A DNA stretch of 64,000 nucleotides from Flavobacteriales bacterium. GTDB lineage: Bacteria > Bacteroidota > Bacteroidia > Flavobacteriales_D > CAJJDF01. A program made the translations under genes and the position numbers. The stretch is from assembly GCA_018609055.1 (NCBI GenBank), contig JABAYJ010000005.1, positions 46,915 through 110,914 of the forward strand. The letters run 5' to 3'. Positions 21,579-32,354 of the stretch are shown piece after piece; within the stretch, counting starts at the first letter, position 1; the number at the start of each line of letters is the position of its first letter. A model generated the notes under the pieces. That model had not been told where the DNA came from, made no database searches, and saw only the letters and a list, made by a program, of their open reading frames with translations.

Positions 21579-24500
21579 ATGAAAGCTAAGATTACATACT
21601 ACTCAACACTCATTGTGTTTTTCATTCTGCTGTCATACAATTCTAGTGGGCAGTTTTACAATGGTTCGTATCAAGAGTTTGGCAAAAACAGAGTGCAAGA
21701 GACTACCTTCTTTTGGCAATACTATGACTTCGAAAGGTTTAAGGTTTATTTTTATGGAGATGGAGCTACAAATGCAGAGTATGCAGCTAAGTCTATTCAC
21801 AAAAATTTACAAGAATTAGAACTTTTTTTCGAAACTCAAGTTGATTCAAAATTTGATGTATTAGTTTTTAATAAGCATACTGATTTTAAGCAAAGTAATG
21901 TAGGTTTAACCAATGAGCTAACTTCAAATATAGGAGGTAAAAATTCGATTGTTGGGAACAAAATATTTCTTTATTTTGAGCAGGACCATCCCGATTTTGA
22001 CAAGCAAATAAGAGAAGCCTTAACCGAAGCTTTAGTTTCTAGAATGGTGAATCAAACTAGCTGGAAACAGGTAGTAAGAAATTCATCTTCAGTTGAAATG
22101 CCTTACTGGTTTTCTGAGGGACTGTATTCCTACATGGGAGAAAATTGGAGTGCAACTATAGAAACGGAAATAAAAGATGGAATTAATTCTGGAAGATTTG
22201 ATAAGCTTGGTAGACTAGAGAATATTGATGCCAAATATGCTGGTCATGCCATGTGGAATTACATTGCTCAAGTTTATGGAGATGAAGTAATTCCACAAAT
22301 AATCTATTTACTAAGTGTTTCCAGAAGTTTCGAGTCAAGTTTCAGATTTGTTTTAGGAAAATCTACTAAGAGCTTGAATAATGATTTTGTAAGGTATTAC
22401 AAGAAGTCATTTGAAGAAAAAGATGAAAATAAAACGATTCCTCTTCAACAAGAAATTTCAATAAAACGAAGAAAGAAGAAAGGAAAAATAACACAATTTG
22501 CCCTAAGTCCTGACGGAACTAAATTAGCTTACACAGCTAATGAAATTGGAAAATATAAAGTCTGGATTTACGATATTTCTTCAAAATCATATACTAAGGT
22601 TAGAGCAAGAGGATTTAAAGCTGAGAGAGCTACAGATGAATCTTTCCCTTTATTAGATTGGCACCCAAATGGGAATACTTTAGCATTTGTTGAGGAAACT
22701 GATGGTGAAGTTTATTTTAATTTTTATGATCTTGAATCAAAAAAAACTACAAAAAGAGCGGTACAAAACGTAACTAAGGTAACCAGTTTTAGTTATAACG
22801 AAACAGGTAGTCAATTCGTTTTTTCTGGAATTCAAAAAGGGCAAATAGATTTGTACTTATATACTATTATTGGGAACGGATATAAGAAACTAACTGATGA
22901 TTTTTCGGATGATAGAGATCCTAGATTTATAGAAAACTCAACTAAAATCATATTTTCCTCTAACAGAAAAAATGATTCTTTATACGTTAAAGCACCTCTA
23001 AAGCCAACAGCTAATTTATATGATATTTATATCTATGATTTGAATAAAAAGTTTCAACCAACTTTAAAAAGGGTTACAAATACACCAACCGTAAATGAAT
23101 TGTTCCCTTACGAGTTAGAAAGATTTAAATATACTTACTTGTCAGATGAAAACGGGCTAATTAATCGCTATGTAGCTGTATTTGATAGTGTTATTTCGTC
23201 TGTTGATACTGTAATTAATTATCGATACTTTTCTAAATCTTCGGAATTAACCAACTACAAGAAAGGGATTTCTTCCGTAGATTATTCTGATGTTTCTTCT
23301 CAATTAGGGATGGTTATAAAACAAGATAACGAGTACCTATTTTATAAAGGGGATATATCAATGGATAAGATTTCTGACAAAGAAATTGAAAAAGGCGAGA
23401 AAAAATCAGAGACAAAGGAATCTGACAAAAGAAAAAGTACTGTTGAGATTATTTCGGTTAAACCTAATATTAAAACTGAAGAGACGATTGAGATATCTAA
23501 TTATCAATTTGAACAAAAGAAACCAAAAGTAGAAGAAACTAAAAAAGAAGACTTAGTGTTTTTGAATCCTGATAATTCATTGGTTGAAAAGGAGGTTATA
23601 ACGGATGAATTTAAGTTGCCTACAAGAAAATTATATAACATCAACTTCACTTTAGATGAGGTGACATCTCAAATAGACAATAATTTTCTGAATGGTACTT
23701 ATCAAGTTTTCAACCCTAATAATCCTTCATTTAATAATCAAAATGTGAACTTGTTTAATATGGTTCAAATTAAAGATTTGATGGAAGATTACCGTTTAAT
23801 AGGAGGGGTGAATTTATCGTTTAACCTCCAAGACAATGATTACCTACTTTCTTTTGAAGATTTGTCTCAAAGATTTGATAAAAAATATCTGTTTACTAGA
23901 CAGGCATATTCAACAGACGTTAATTTTATACCTGTGCGAACGAGAATACACGAGTTTAAATACCGATTAAAGTACCCTTTTAATGAAATCTCTTCTTTGG
24001 CAGTTACTTTTAATTTAAGAAACGATAATACAATTGTGTCTGCATTAAATAGGCAAACATTAGAAGCCGAAGGAACTTCTAGAAACATGGGTGGAGCTAA
24101 AATTGAGTATGTTCTTGACAACACTTTTGATAGAGGGATAAACCTTAGAGAAGGAACTAGATTAAAGGTTTTTGGTGAGTATTATCAAGAAATTTATGAA
24201 GCCGAAACTGACTTTTTTGTTATTGGAACTGATATTCGTCACTATCAAAAAATCCACCGAGAAATGATATTTGCCGGGAGAATTGCAGCAAGTACTTCCT
24301 TTGGAAACAGAAAATTAGTTTACTACATGGGTGGAGTTGATGGTTGGCTTGGAGCAAGGGCCAATGAGTCTATTATTATTCCTACTGATAAAGGATTTGC
24401 GTTTCAAACTATAGCTACTCCAATGAGGGGTTTTCTTCAAACTACAAGGTTTGGAAATAGTTTTGCAGTGGCTAACTCAGAAGTTCGTTGGCCTATATTT

Positions 24501-24815
24501 GAATATTTTAGTGAATATCCGGTTCAAAGTAAATTTTTATCTACGTTTCAAGTTGTAGGATTTGCTGATGCAGGAACAGCTTGGACAGGATCAAATCCAT
24601 ACTCCGAAGAGAACTCGTTTAACATAACTCAAATATCTCAAAAACCAATTAATGTAATTATTCAAAACCAAAGAGAGCCAATCATTTTTGGTTATGGATT
24701 TGGATTAAGAGCAGAACTATTTGGATACTTCGTTAGATACGATTGGTCATGGGGAGTTGAGGATGGAGTTGTACAGGGTCGTATCAACTATTTTTCTTTA
24801 TCTTTAGATTTTTAA
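21579..24815 (+). CDS. Large outer-membrane protein: N-terminal peptidase-like domain, TolB-like propeller, C-terminal Omp85-like barrel
   Basis: FGKNRVQ, WFSEGL, ALSPDGTKLAY and PD40-like repeats, PMRGF, FADAGTAW, GYGFGLR, RYDWSW, C-terminal SLDF. Confidence 0.72.
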   Translation: MKAKITYYSTLIVFFILLSYNSSGQFYNGSYQEFGKNRVQETTFFWQYYDFERFKVYFYGDGATNAEYAAKSIHKNLQELELFFETQVDSKFDVLVFNKHTDFKQSNVGLTNELTSNIGGKNSIVGNKIFLYFEQDHPDFDKQIREALTEALVSRMVNQTSWKQVVRNSSSVEMPYWFSEGLYSYMGENWSATIETEIKDGINSGRFDKLGRLENIDAKYAGHAMWNYIAQVYGDEVIPQIIYLLSVSRSFESSFRFVLGKSTKSLNNDFVRYYKKSFEEKDENKTIPLQQEISIKRRKKKGKITQFALSPDGTKLAYTANEIGKYKVWIYDISSKSYTKVRARGFKAERATDESFPLLDWHPNGNTLAFVEETDGEVYFNFYDLESKKTTKRAVQNVTKVTSFSYNETGSQFVFSGIQKGQIDLYLYTIIGNGYKKLTDDFSDDRDPRFIENSTKIIFSSNRKNDSLYVKAPLKPTANLYDIYIYDLNKKFQPTLKRVTNTPTVNELFPYELERFKYTYLSDENGLINRYVAVFDSVISSVDTVINYRYFSKSSELTNYKKGISSVDYSDVSSQLGMVIKQDNEYLFYKGDISMDKISDKEIEKGEKKSETKESDKRKSTVEIISVKPNIKTEETIEISNYQFEQKKPKVEETKKEDLVFLNPDNSLVEKEVITDEFKLPTRKLYNINFTLDEVTSQIDNNFLNGTYQVFNPNNPSFNNQNVNLFNMVQIKDLMEDYRLIGGVNLSFNLQDNDYLLSFEDLSQRFDKKYLFTRQAYSTDVNFIPVRTRIHEFKYRLKYPFNEISSLAVTFNLRNDNTIVSALNRQTLEAEGTSRNMGGAKIEYVLDNTFDRGINLREGTRLKVFGEYYQEIYEAETDFFVIGTDIRHYQKIHREMIFAGRIAASTSFGNRKLVYYMGGVDGWLGARANESIIIPTDKGFAFQTIATPMRGFLQTTRFGNSFAVANSEVRWPIFEYFSEYPVQSKFLSTFQVVGFADAGTAWTGSNPYSEENSFNITQISQKPINVIIQNQREPIIFGYGFGLRAELFGYFVRYDWSWGVEDGVVQGRINYFSLSLDF

Positions 24816-24824
24816 AATTAGTTT

Positions 24825-25226
24825 ATGACTTTAGATGCGCAAACAATAATTTACCTTGTTTTAATAGGGATTACAGCTGGAGTTGTATCTGGCTTTATAG
24901 GTATTGGAGGAGGAATTATTATTGTTCCGGCTTTGATTTATTTAGTAGGATTATCTCAATTACAAGCTCAAGGAACTAGCTTAGCACTTATGTTACCTCC
25001 CATTGGTATCTTAGCATTTATGCAATATTACAAAGCAGAAAACGTAGATATTGATTTAAGAATGGTAGCTATTGTAGCTTCTACATTTATAGTTGGAGGT
25101 TTGTTTGGAGCAAAATTAGCTCTTAAGATAAATGTGAACTTGGTTAAAATTATTTTTGGTGTACTGATGTTATTAATCTCTATAAAAATGATTTATAGTG
25201 GTTATAAATTATATTTTGGTAAATAA
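24825..25226 (+). CDS. Half-size sulfite exporter TauE/SafE family protein
   Basis: AGVVSGFIGIGGGIIIVPAL, AQGTSLA; about 4 TM. Confidence 0.85.
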   Translation: MTLDAQTIIYLVLIGITAGVVSGFIGIGGGIIIVPALIYLVGLSQLQAQGTSLALMLPPIGILAFMQYYKAENVDIDLRMVAIVASTFIVGGLFGAKLALKINVNLVKIIFGVLMLLISIKMIYSGYKLYFGK

Positions 25227-25228
25227 GT

Positions 25229-26416
25229 ATGAATAAGGATTTACTAGAACATATAAAACAATTGTCTTCTTCTAATTTAAAGGAAGTAATCGCCATTAGA
25301 AGACACATTCATCAACATCCCGAATTATCTTTCGAGGAACACAAAACTTCTGCATTTATTCAATCTAAACTGACTGAATTTGGGATTCCATTTAAAACGG
25401 GATTCGTAAAAACAGGAATAGTAGCTTTAATTGAAGGGAAAAACCCATCCAAAAAAGTTATTGCTCTTAGGGCAGATATGGATGCGCTTCCTATTATTGA
25501 AGAAAATGATGTGAGTTACAAGTCACAAAATGAAGGGGTGATGCATGCTTGCGGACATGATGTACATTCATCAAGTTTACTGGGAGTTGTAAAGATTTTG
25601 AATGAGTTAAAATCTGAATTTGAAGGAACAATTAAGCTTATTTTTCAACCAGGAGAAGAAAAATTACCTGGAGGAGCATCCTTAATGATAAACGAAGGAG
25701 TGCTTGAAAACCCAGCTCCACAAGCCATTGTTGGGCAACACGTTTTCCCTGATTTACCTTATGGTAAAGTAGGATTTAGAGGAGGAATGTATATGGCATC
25801 ATGTGACGAAATATATGTAACAGTAAAAGGAAAAGGAGGGCATGCAGCTTTACCTCATAAGTTTGTAGATACGGTATTAATATCTTGTCAAATAATAAAC
25901 TCTTTACAACAAATTGTTAGTCGAAAAGCTAGGCCAGATATACCGTGTGTATTATCATTTGGTAAAATAAACTCTACAGGTGGAGCAACTAATATTATTC
26001 CTGATGAAGTGAAAATAGAAGGTACATTTAGAACCATGAATGAAGAGTGGCGAAATGAAGCTCACACATTAATGGTACAAATGGCTGAAGATATTGCCAA
26101 ATCAATGGGAGGAACCTGCGAGTTTGATATCCAGAGAGGATATCCTTTCCTTAAAAATGATGTAAAAACCACTGAGATTTCAAAATCAAGTGCCCAAGAA
26201 TATTTAGGAAAAGAAAATGTAATTGACCTTGATTTAAGAATGACAGGAGAAGATTTTGCTTATTACACTCAACATATTCCTGGTTGTTTCTATCGATTAG
26301 GAACAGGCGAAAGTTCTGGATTACATACTTCTACTTTTAATGTAAATGAACAATCATTGGAAATTGGAATGGGATTAATGAGTTGGATAGCAATAAATCA
26401 ACTAAAAGCACAATAG
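25229..26416 (+). CDS. M20D amidohydrolase
   Basis: HQHPELSFEE, LRADMDALP, MHACGHD, FQPGEE, GHAA, GEDF. Confidence 0.92.
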   Translation: MNKDLLEHIKQLSSSNLKEVIAIRRHIHQHPELSFEEHKTSAFIQSKLTEFGIPFKTGFVKTGIVALIEGKNPSKKVIALRADMDALPIIEENDVSYKSQNEGVMHACGHDVHSSSLLGVVKILNELKSEFEGTIKLIFQPGEEKLPGGASLMINEGVLENPAPQAIVGQHVFPDLPYGKVGFRGGMYMASCDEIYVTVKGKGGHAALPHKFVDTVLISCQIINSLQQIVSRKARPDIPCVLSFGKINSTGGATNIIPDEVKIEGTFRTMNEEWRNEAHTLMVQMAEDIAKSMGGTCEFDIQRGYPFLKNDVKTTEISKSSAQEYLGKENVIDLDLRMTGEDFAYYTQHIPGCFYRLGTGESSGLHTSTFNVNEQSLEIGMGLMSWIAINQLKAQ

Positions 26417-26454
26417 TAGGAATAGTATTCCGTTACAGAATTTAAACCAATGTT

Positions 26455-28824
26455 ATGTTCAAGAAATTAGTATTTTTTTCAATTTGCTTTCTTATCTGTT
26501 TGGCAACACAAGCCCAAGGAGTAGGAATTGGTAAGTGGAAAAATTATTTTCCTTTCCGTAATGTAATTCAAGTTCTCAGTAATGGAGATAAGGTATACGG
26601 AGCAACACGAAACGGAATTATCATCAATGATTATGAAGATGGAACTACAGAGCAATTAACTGAAATAAATGCCCTTTCGGATAACAACATATCTACAATA
26701 AGCTTTAACACAGATAATAATGCACTTGTTGTTGGTTACGAGAACGGAAATGCTGATATTATTATTGATAATGAAACAACCAACCTTTTTCAAATTAAAG
26801 AAAGTAATATAACTGGAGATAAGGGAGTTAAAAGTATTTTTTGCAAAGATGATTTGGCATATCTTTCCTGTGGATTTGGAATTGTGGTGTTTGATGTTGC
26901 CAAAAAAGAAATTAAGGATACCTATATTTTTGGACCAGGAGGTTCTCAAATAAAAGTAAATGCGGTTTTTGTAGAAAATGGAATAATTTACGCAGGAACC
27001 GAAAATGGACTATACACTGCTCCAGAGGCTAGTGCTTTTCTTACTGATTTTAATTCTTGGTCGGTTCTTAGTACAATTCCAAGTGGTAATAAGGAAATAA
27101 AAGACATACTAGAGTTTGATAATAAACTGCTGTTTAATATAGAAAACACTTTAACTTCTGATTCAATTTATTGGTATGATGGATCAAGTTGGGGAAGAGT
27201 AACAACATTGTCAAATGAAAAGAACAATTCTGTTACAGCTTCTGGTAATGAGTTAATAATAAGTCGTTTTGATACAATATACGTGTTGGATAATACTTTT
27301 TCTCAAATAAATTTATTTGATAATTATGATGGTTATTGGAAACCAAGATCCAATTATGTGATCAAGAAAAATAGCACTTATTATATAGGTGATAGTGAAA
27401 ATGGAATAGTATCACTGACCTCTAATGGTGTTGCTAATTTTAACCAACCAAATTCTATTTTCTCTAATAATATTTTCGATATCGAAGCAGTAAATGGTAA
27501 CCTTTGGGGGTCATCAGGAAGTTTAGTTGGTGGAGGTTGGAACAAGACATTTAGTAATGATGGAAGTTTTCATTATGACATAAAAGAGGATAACTGGACT
27601 ATTTATGGAATAGCGTTTTTAACCAATCAGTTTTGTTTTCCTACTAGTTGTAATCCAATACCATCTTCACCAATTTCATGTGTAAATGACTTAGTTGGGA
27701 TGGCAATAAATCCAGCAGAACCAGATAAAGGATATGCGTGTTCTTTTTCTAATAAAGGAGTGTTAGAATTACAGAATTATAAGATAACTGCTGCTTACGA
27801 CACGTGTAATTCGAGTCTTCAAATTAGTTCTGTTCATAATGATCGTATAGCAATTGCAGATGCAGAATTTGATGGGGAAGGAAATTTATGGGTAGTAAAT
27901 TCTTGGGCAGGAAACTCTTTGTCTGTTAAAACAAAAGGTGGAAATTGGAAATCATTTGATTGTGGGGCAAGTAGTTCTAATATTATAGGGTCAAAAATTG
28001 TTGTAAGCGAATCTACAGGCTATAAATGGATTGTCTTTAAGGATGAACATTTACTTGCTTACAATGATAATGGAACCACAGAAGATGAAATAGATGATGA
28101 ATTTCAGCTTATTAACGGGCTAGCAGGAAATGGAAGCTTGGATGAGACACCAACCTCAGTTGCAGAAGATAAGGATGGCGAAATATGGATTGGTACAGAA
28201 AAAGGAATATTTGTAATATTTACACCTACCGAAATTTTTAACTCAGGGAATTTTACTGCTCAAAGAATAAAAGTAGAATTAGAAGGGAACGTAGAGCTTT
28301 TACTAGAGAATGAGTTCATTACTTCTGTTCAAATAGACGGAGGGAATAGAAAATGGATTGGAACTCAATCGTCAGGAGTTTTTTTATTATCACCAGATGG
28401 AACAGAGCAAATTCAAAATTTCACCAAAGAAAACAGTCCTTTATTATCTAATAACATTAATGACATTGCTATTGACGGAGAAAGCGGAGAAGTTTTTATT
28501 GCAACTGATCAAGGTTTAATTTCTTATAAAGGTGACGCAACCGAAGGAAAACAAACCTACCAAGATGTATATGCCTTCCCTAATCCAGTTGTCCCTGGTT
28601 ATGATGGTAAAATAGGGATAAGAGGATTGGTCGAAAACTCGGACGTAAGAATAACTGATGTTGCAGGAAATGTAGTTTTTGTTACAAAATCGCTTGGAGG
28701 GCAAGCAGTTTGGGATGGTAGAACATTTGAAGGGGAAAAAGTAAGCTCAGGAGTATATCTAGTATTTATGACAAACGAAACTGGAACTACAGACGAAGTA
28801 ACCAAGATTTTGTTTATTAAATAA
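26455..28824 (+). CDS. porZ: T9SS attachment-complex protein PorZ
   Basis: Signal peptide, GIGKWK; beta-propeller repeats (DGEIWIGT, DGGNRKWIGT, FTKENSPLLSN); C-terminal VYAFPNPV...WDG...SGVYLVF domain. Confidence 0.82.
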   Translation: MFKKLVFFSICFLICLATQAQGVGIGKWKNYFPFRNVIQVLSNGDKVYGATRNGIIINDYEDGTTEQLTEINALSDNNISTISFNTDNNALVVGYENGNADIIIDNETTNLFQIKESNITGDKGVKSIFCKDDLAYLSCGFGIVVFDVAKKEIKDTYIFGPGGSQIKVNAVFVENGIIYAGTENGLYTAPEASAFLTDFNSWSVLSTIPSGNKEIKDILEFDNKLLFNIENTLTSDSIYWYDGSSWGRVTTLSNEKNNSVTASGNELIISRFDTIYVLDNTFSQINLFDNYDGYWKPRSNYVIKKNSTYYIGDSENGIVSLTSNGVANFNQPNSIFSNNIFDIEAVNGNLWGSSGSLVGGGWNKTFSNDGSFHYDIKEDNWTIYGIAFLTNQFCFPTSCNPIPSSPISCVNDLVGMAINPAEPDKGYACSFSNKGVLELQNYKITAAYDTCNSSLQISSVHNDRIAIADAEFDGEGNLWVVNSWAGNSLSVKTKGGNWKSFDCGASSSNIIGSKIVVSESTGYKWIVFKDEHLLAYNDNGTTEDEIDDEFQLINGLAGNGSLDETPTSVAEDKDGEIWIGTEKGIFVIFTPTEIFNSGNFTAQRIKVELEGNVELLLENEFITSVQIDGGNRKWIGTQSSGVFLLSPDGTEQIQNFTKENSPLLSNNINDIAIDGESGEVFIATDQGLISYKGDATEGKQTYQDVYAFPNPVVPGYDGKIGIRGLVENSDVRITDVAGNVVFVTKSLGGQAVWDGRTFEGEKVSSGVYLVFMTNETGTTDEVTKILFIK

Positions 28825-28866
28825 TGGTTGTAACTCCGCTAAGTAAATACTTGTTATTTTAGGTCT

Positions 28867-30465
28867 ATGGGAATTTTTAATAAGCATTTATTTAATGGAA
28901 CAAATCTAGAAAAATTGCTTTTTTTATTTCTAGCATTATTCCACCTAATACCAATTGTTAGTTATCAATTTTTCCCAACACTAGATGGGCCAGCACATTT
29001 ATATAATTCCAATTTAATAAATGAATTGCTACTGAATCCTAATAGCAATATTTCACAATATTTTGAATTTAATTCAGCATTAATTACTAATTTTTCAGGA
29101 CATTTTTTACTCTCATTTTTTAATTGGTTTTTACCAGCATTTTTTGCCGAAAAAGTGTTTCTAGTGCTTTATGCATTAGGTATTCCTTATAGTTTGAGAT
29201 ACTTAATCAAACAGATTAATCCGACTTGGATAGGGTTGAGTTATTTTAGTTTTCCAATTATATACTCTACGGTATTTTTACTGGGGTTTTATAACTTTTC
29301 TATTGCTTTGGTATTCTTCTTTTTTGCATTGGGATATTGGTATAAACATCAAGATAACATGACTAAATTCAGTAGAAAGCTGATTTTAGCAGGTTTAATT
29401 CTTTTGACTTTATTTTCACATCTTTTTGTATTTGCAGTTCTATTGCTCTGTTTGTTTTTACCAGTATTTTTTGATTTTATTCTTATAAGGATAAACAAGA
29501 CAATAAATTTTAAATCTCAGTGGACCAAAATTAAAGCATTAGCAATAGTCTCTTTTGTTCCTTTTTTATTGTTGGTTTATTATTTTCTATCACGCCCTTC
29601 GTCTTCCAAATCATCTTATTTATCATTAGAGCAATTGACTAATAATTTAATGAATATGGATTGTATCATAGCCTTTAATGCTTCTTTTGAAGGTTCACAT
29701 GCTAGTTTTATATTGCTGTCAATTTGCATTCTTATTTTTGCTAAAGTTGGTGCTCGTATTTATTCTATTACCCAAAACAAAAGCTCAAGTTCAGTTTTTA
29801 AAAAACAAGACGTTTGGCTGGTAATGGCCTTTGTTTTGTTAGGGATGTGTTTTTATTTACCAAATTCAAATAGTTTTGGCGGGTTCATTTCAAATAGGAT
29901 TTCACTTCTGTTTTTTTTACTACTTATTGTTTGGCTATCTACTGAAAAAATTTCCAAATTTATTTTAATTCCTTGTGTTGCATTAATGTTTTATAGTAGC
30001 GGTAATCTGGTTAACTATTACAAAAAAACAATGTTTGATTTAACTCAGCTTGCAACCAATTGCTTTGAGACTGCAGAATATATTGAGGAAGGAAGTGTCG
30101 TGTTACCTTTAAATTATTCAAATGAATGGAATACAGGCCATTATTCTAATTTTCTGGGGATAGAAAAGCCCATGGTGATATTAGATAATTACGAAGCTGT
30201 TAACGATTATTTTCCAGTTAGATGGCGACCTAATAGTGTTCCAAAACCTTGGGGAGAACCAATGGCAAATAATTCATTTAACTGTTTAGATCTTAAAAAT
30301 GACAAATGGCAGGGGTTACAAATAGATTATATTTTCATCATAAAAAATAGCCAGAATAATAGAGTAAATTGTGACGAACAGTATGATGGCATTCTTAAAG
30401 AAGACTATTCACTTGTGCATGAAAATGAAAGATGTCTACTTTATCGATTTAATAAATCAATATAG
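28867..30465 (+). CDS. Multi-pass membrane protein, probable GT-C-fold glycosyltransferase
   Basis: Acidic loop motif after TM1 (TLDGPAHLYN), GFYNF, many TMs, soluble C-terminal domain with DNYEA. Confidence 0.55.
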   Translation: MGIFNKHLFNGTNLEKLLFLFLALFHLIPIVSYQFFPTLDGPAHLYNSNLINELLLNPNSNISQYFEFNSALITNFSGHFLLSFFNWFLPAFFAEKVFLVLYALGIPYSLRYLIKQINPTWIGLSYFSFPIIYSTVFLLGFYNFSIALVFFFFALGYWYKHQDNMTKFSRKLILAGLILLTLFSHLFVFAVLLLCLFLPVFFDFILIRINKTINFKSQWTKIKALAIVSFVPFLLLVYYFLSRPSSSKSSYLSLEQLTNNLMNMDCIIAFNASFEGSHASFILLSICILIFAKVGARIYSITQNKSSSSVFKKQDVWLVMAFVLLGMCFYLPNSNSFGGFISNRISLLFFLLLIVWLSTEKISKFILIPCVALMFYSSGNLVNYYKKTMFDLTQLATNCFETAEYIEEGSVVLPLNYSNEWNTGHYSNFLGIEKPMVILDNYEAVNDYFPVRWRPNSVPKPWGEPMANNSFNCLDLKNDKWQGLQIDYIFIIKNSQNNRVNCDEQYDGILKEDYSLVHENERCLLYRFNKSI

Positions 30466-30536
30466 AAATTAGCAACATTATTAATTTCAGAAAATATCTC
30501 GTAAGTTAGTCCCTAATTAAAAGCAGAATAAAATTA

Positions 30537-32354
30537 ATGAAGAACATTTCGATTTCTCTTTCCACATTGGCTCTCGTCTTATCCATACTATTTGTGGTTG
30601 GGTACAGAAGTGCTAATGTTTCCGAAAAAGAAACCTCTTGGGATGTTTTGGGATATTACCTTCCTCTTCCTGCAACTTTTATCTATGAAGATGCTTTGTT
30701 AGAGAACCCTACTTGGATTAAAGATATAAATGAAGAGAAACAACTTACAGGAACTCTTTATCAAATCTCTACAAATGATGAAGGTGAGCCTATTTATTTC
30801 TTTTTGTTAGGGATGGCTATTCTTTATTTACCTTTCTTTTTAATTGGTCATGGAGCAGCTTATATAACCGGTTTTCCTCCTGATGGATTTAGTTTGCCAT
30901 ATCAGTATGCAATGGTTTTTGGTGCAATGGTTTTTACTATTATCGGGCTTATATATTTACGTAAAATATTAAATCATTATTTACCCGATAAAATAACTGC
31001 AGCAGTAATATTAATAGTCGTTTTTGCTACCAATTACTCTCACCATTTAACTCTCAAAAACCTGGAGACTGTAAACGTACTTTTTATGTTTGTATGCCTC
31101 ATAATTTGGAACACAATTAGATGGCATCAAGATTTTAAAATTAAAAATTTAATAGCAATAGGTTCATTTATTACCCTAATGGCAATGGTAAAGCCAAGCG
31201 AAATAATGATAGTATTCGTTCCGCTTTTGTGGGGAGTTTTTTCTAAAAAGACTTTTTATGAAAAGCTGAATATAATAAAACAATATCGGGTTCAGTTTGT
31301 AGTAGCAATTGTTTGTTGTTTACTGCTTGCATTACCACAAATGACTTACTGGTTTGTTCGAACAGGGCACTTATTTTACGACAGTTACAAGAACCCTGGA
31401 GTAGGTTTAGATGTGTTTTCACCTTATTTAATTCAATCATTATTTAGTTATAAAAAAGGGTGGCTAATTTACACACCAGTTATGATTTTGGCAGTTGTAG
31501 GATTGTTTCATTTATGGATAAATCTTAAGACAGAGAGGTTAGCACTTTTAGTTTATTTCCTTATTGCATTTTATATCATTATTAGTTGGACCGAATGGTG
31601 GTATGGAGCAGGTTTCTCTAATCGACCATTAATTACTGTTTATCCAATATTGGCAATAGCAATGGGGTTTTTACTTTTAAAAATCAGTAAAAGTAAGTTT
31701 TGGATAAAAACTTCGGTTGTCGTTTTTGTTTTTGTAGCCATGTTTTTTAATCAGTTTCAATGGTGGCAATTACGCGCAGGAATTTTGGAGCCTTATCGAA
31801 CCACAAAAGAGTATTATTGGGCAAGTTTTTTGGCAACCTCAGTTACTCAAGAGGATAAAGAAAAGCTATCTCTTTATAGAGATTTTGATGGTAATCAGAC
31901 TTTCAATGACATTGAGAATTATGAGTTAATAAAGACTGTTTCTCTTGATTTTGAAGATTCAAATGAAGAGAATGTCAAAACAGATTCCACCAATAATAAA
32001 TTTGCGAAGCTATCACCTGAAATAGAATACTCTAAAACTATAGAAATTCCATATCGTGAACTTACTTCTAAAGATCATCTTTGGGTTAGGGTTTCTGTTG
32101 ATTGTAAATTACAAAGAGAGGACAGTAAAAAACCAGTTGTTGTAATTTCAATGGAAAGAAAAAATGGAGCATATGGTTACACAGGAAAAGAGATTAAGGA
32201 AGCTAGTGTAACTTGGTCTAATTTTCAATTCGATTACCTTACACCTCCAATTAGGGAGGGTAAAGACAAGTTGAAAGTATTTGTGTGGAACATGGAAAAG
32301 TCTAATTTTGACATGGATAACCTGAAAATTGAAATTTTTGAAAAGAAAAATTAA
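30537..32354 (+). CDS. GT-C-fold membrane glycosyltransferase with C-terminal beta-sandwich
   Basis: SWDVLGYYLPLP after TM1, VKP, LFSYKKGWLIYTP, WWYGAGFSNR. Confidence 0.65.
   Translation: MKNISISLSTLALVLSILFVVGYRSANVSEKETSWDVLGYYLPLPATFIYEDALLENPTWIKDINEEKQLTGTLYQISTNDEGEPIYFFLLGMAILYLPFFLIGHGAAYITGFPPDGFSLPYQYAMVFGAMVFTIIGLIYLRKILNHYLPDKITAAVILIVVFATNYSHHLTLKNLETVNVLFMFVCLIIWNTIRWHQDFKIKNLIAIGSFITLMAMVKPSEIMIVFVPLLWGVFSKKTFYEKLNIIKQYRVQFVVAIVCCLLLALPQMTYWFVRTGHLFYDSYKNPGVGLDVFSPYLIQSLFSYKKGWLIYTPVMILAVVGLFHLWINLKTERLALLVYFLIAFYIIISWTEWWYGAGFSNRPLITVYPILAIAMGFLLLKISKSKFWIKTSVVVFVFVAMFFNQFQWWQLRAGILEPYRTTKEYYWASFLATSVTQEDKEKLSLYRDFDGNQTFNDIENYELIKTVSLDFEDSNEENVKTDSTNNKFAKLSPEIEYSKTIEIPYRELTSKDHLWVRVSVDCKLQREDSKKPVVVISMERKNGAYGYTGKEIKEASVTWSNFQFDYLTPPIREGKDKLKVFVWNMEKSNFDMDNLKIEIFEKKN

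Noticed and set aside
24825-25226. Half-length TauE as a truncated pseudogene
   Set aside because: Clean start and stop, tightly packed between neighbours, and one complete repeat unit; consistent with a stand-alone half-size member.
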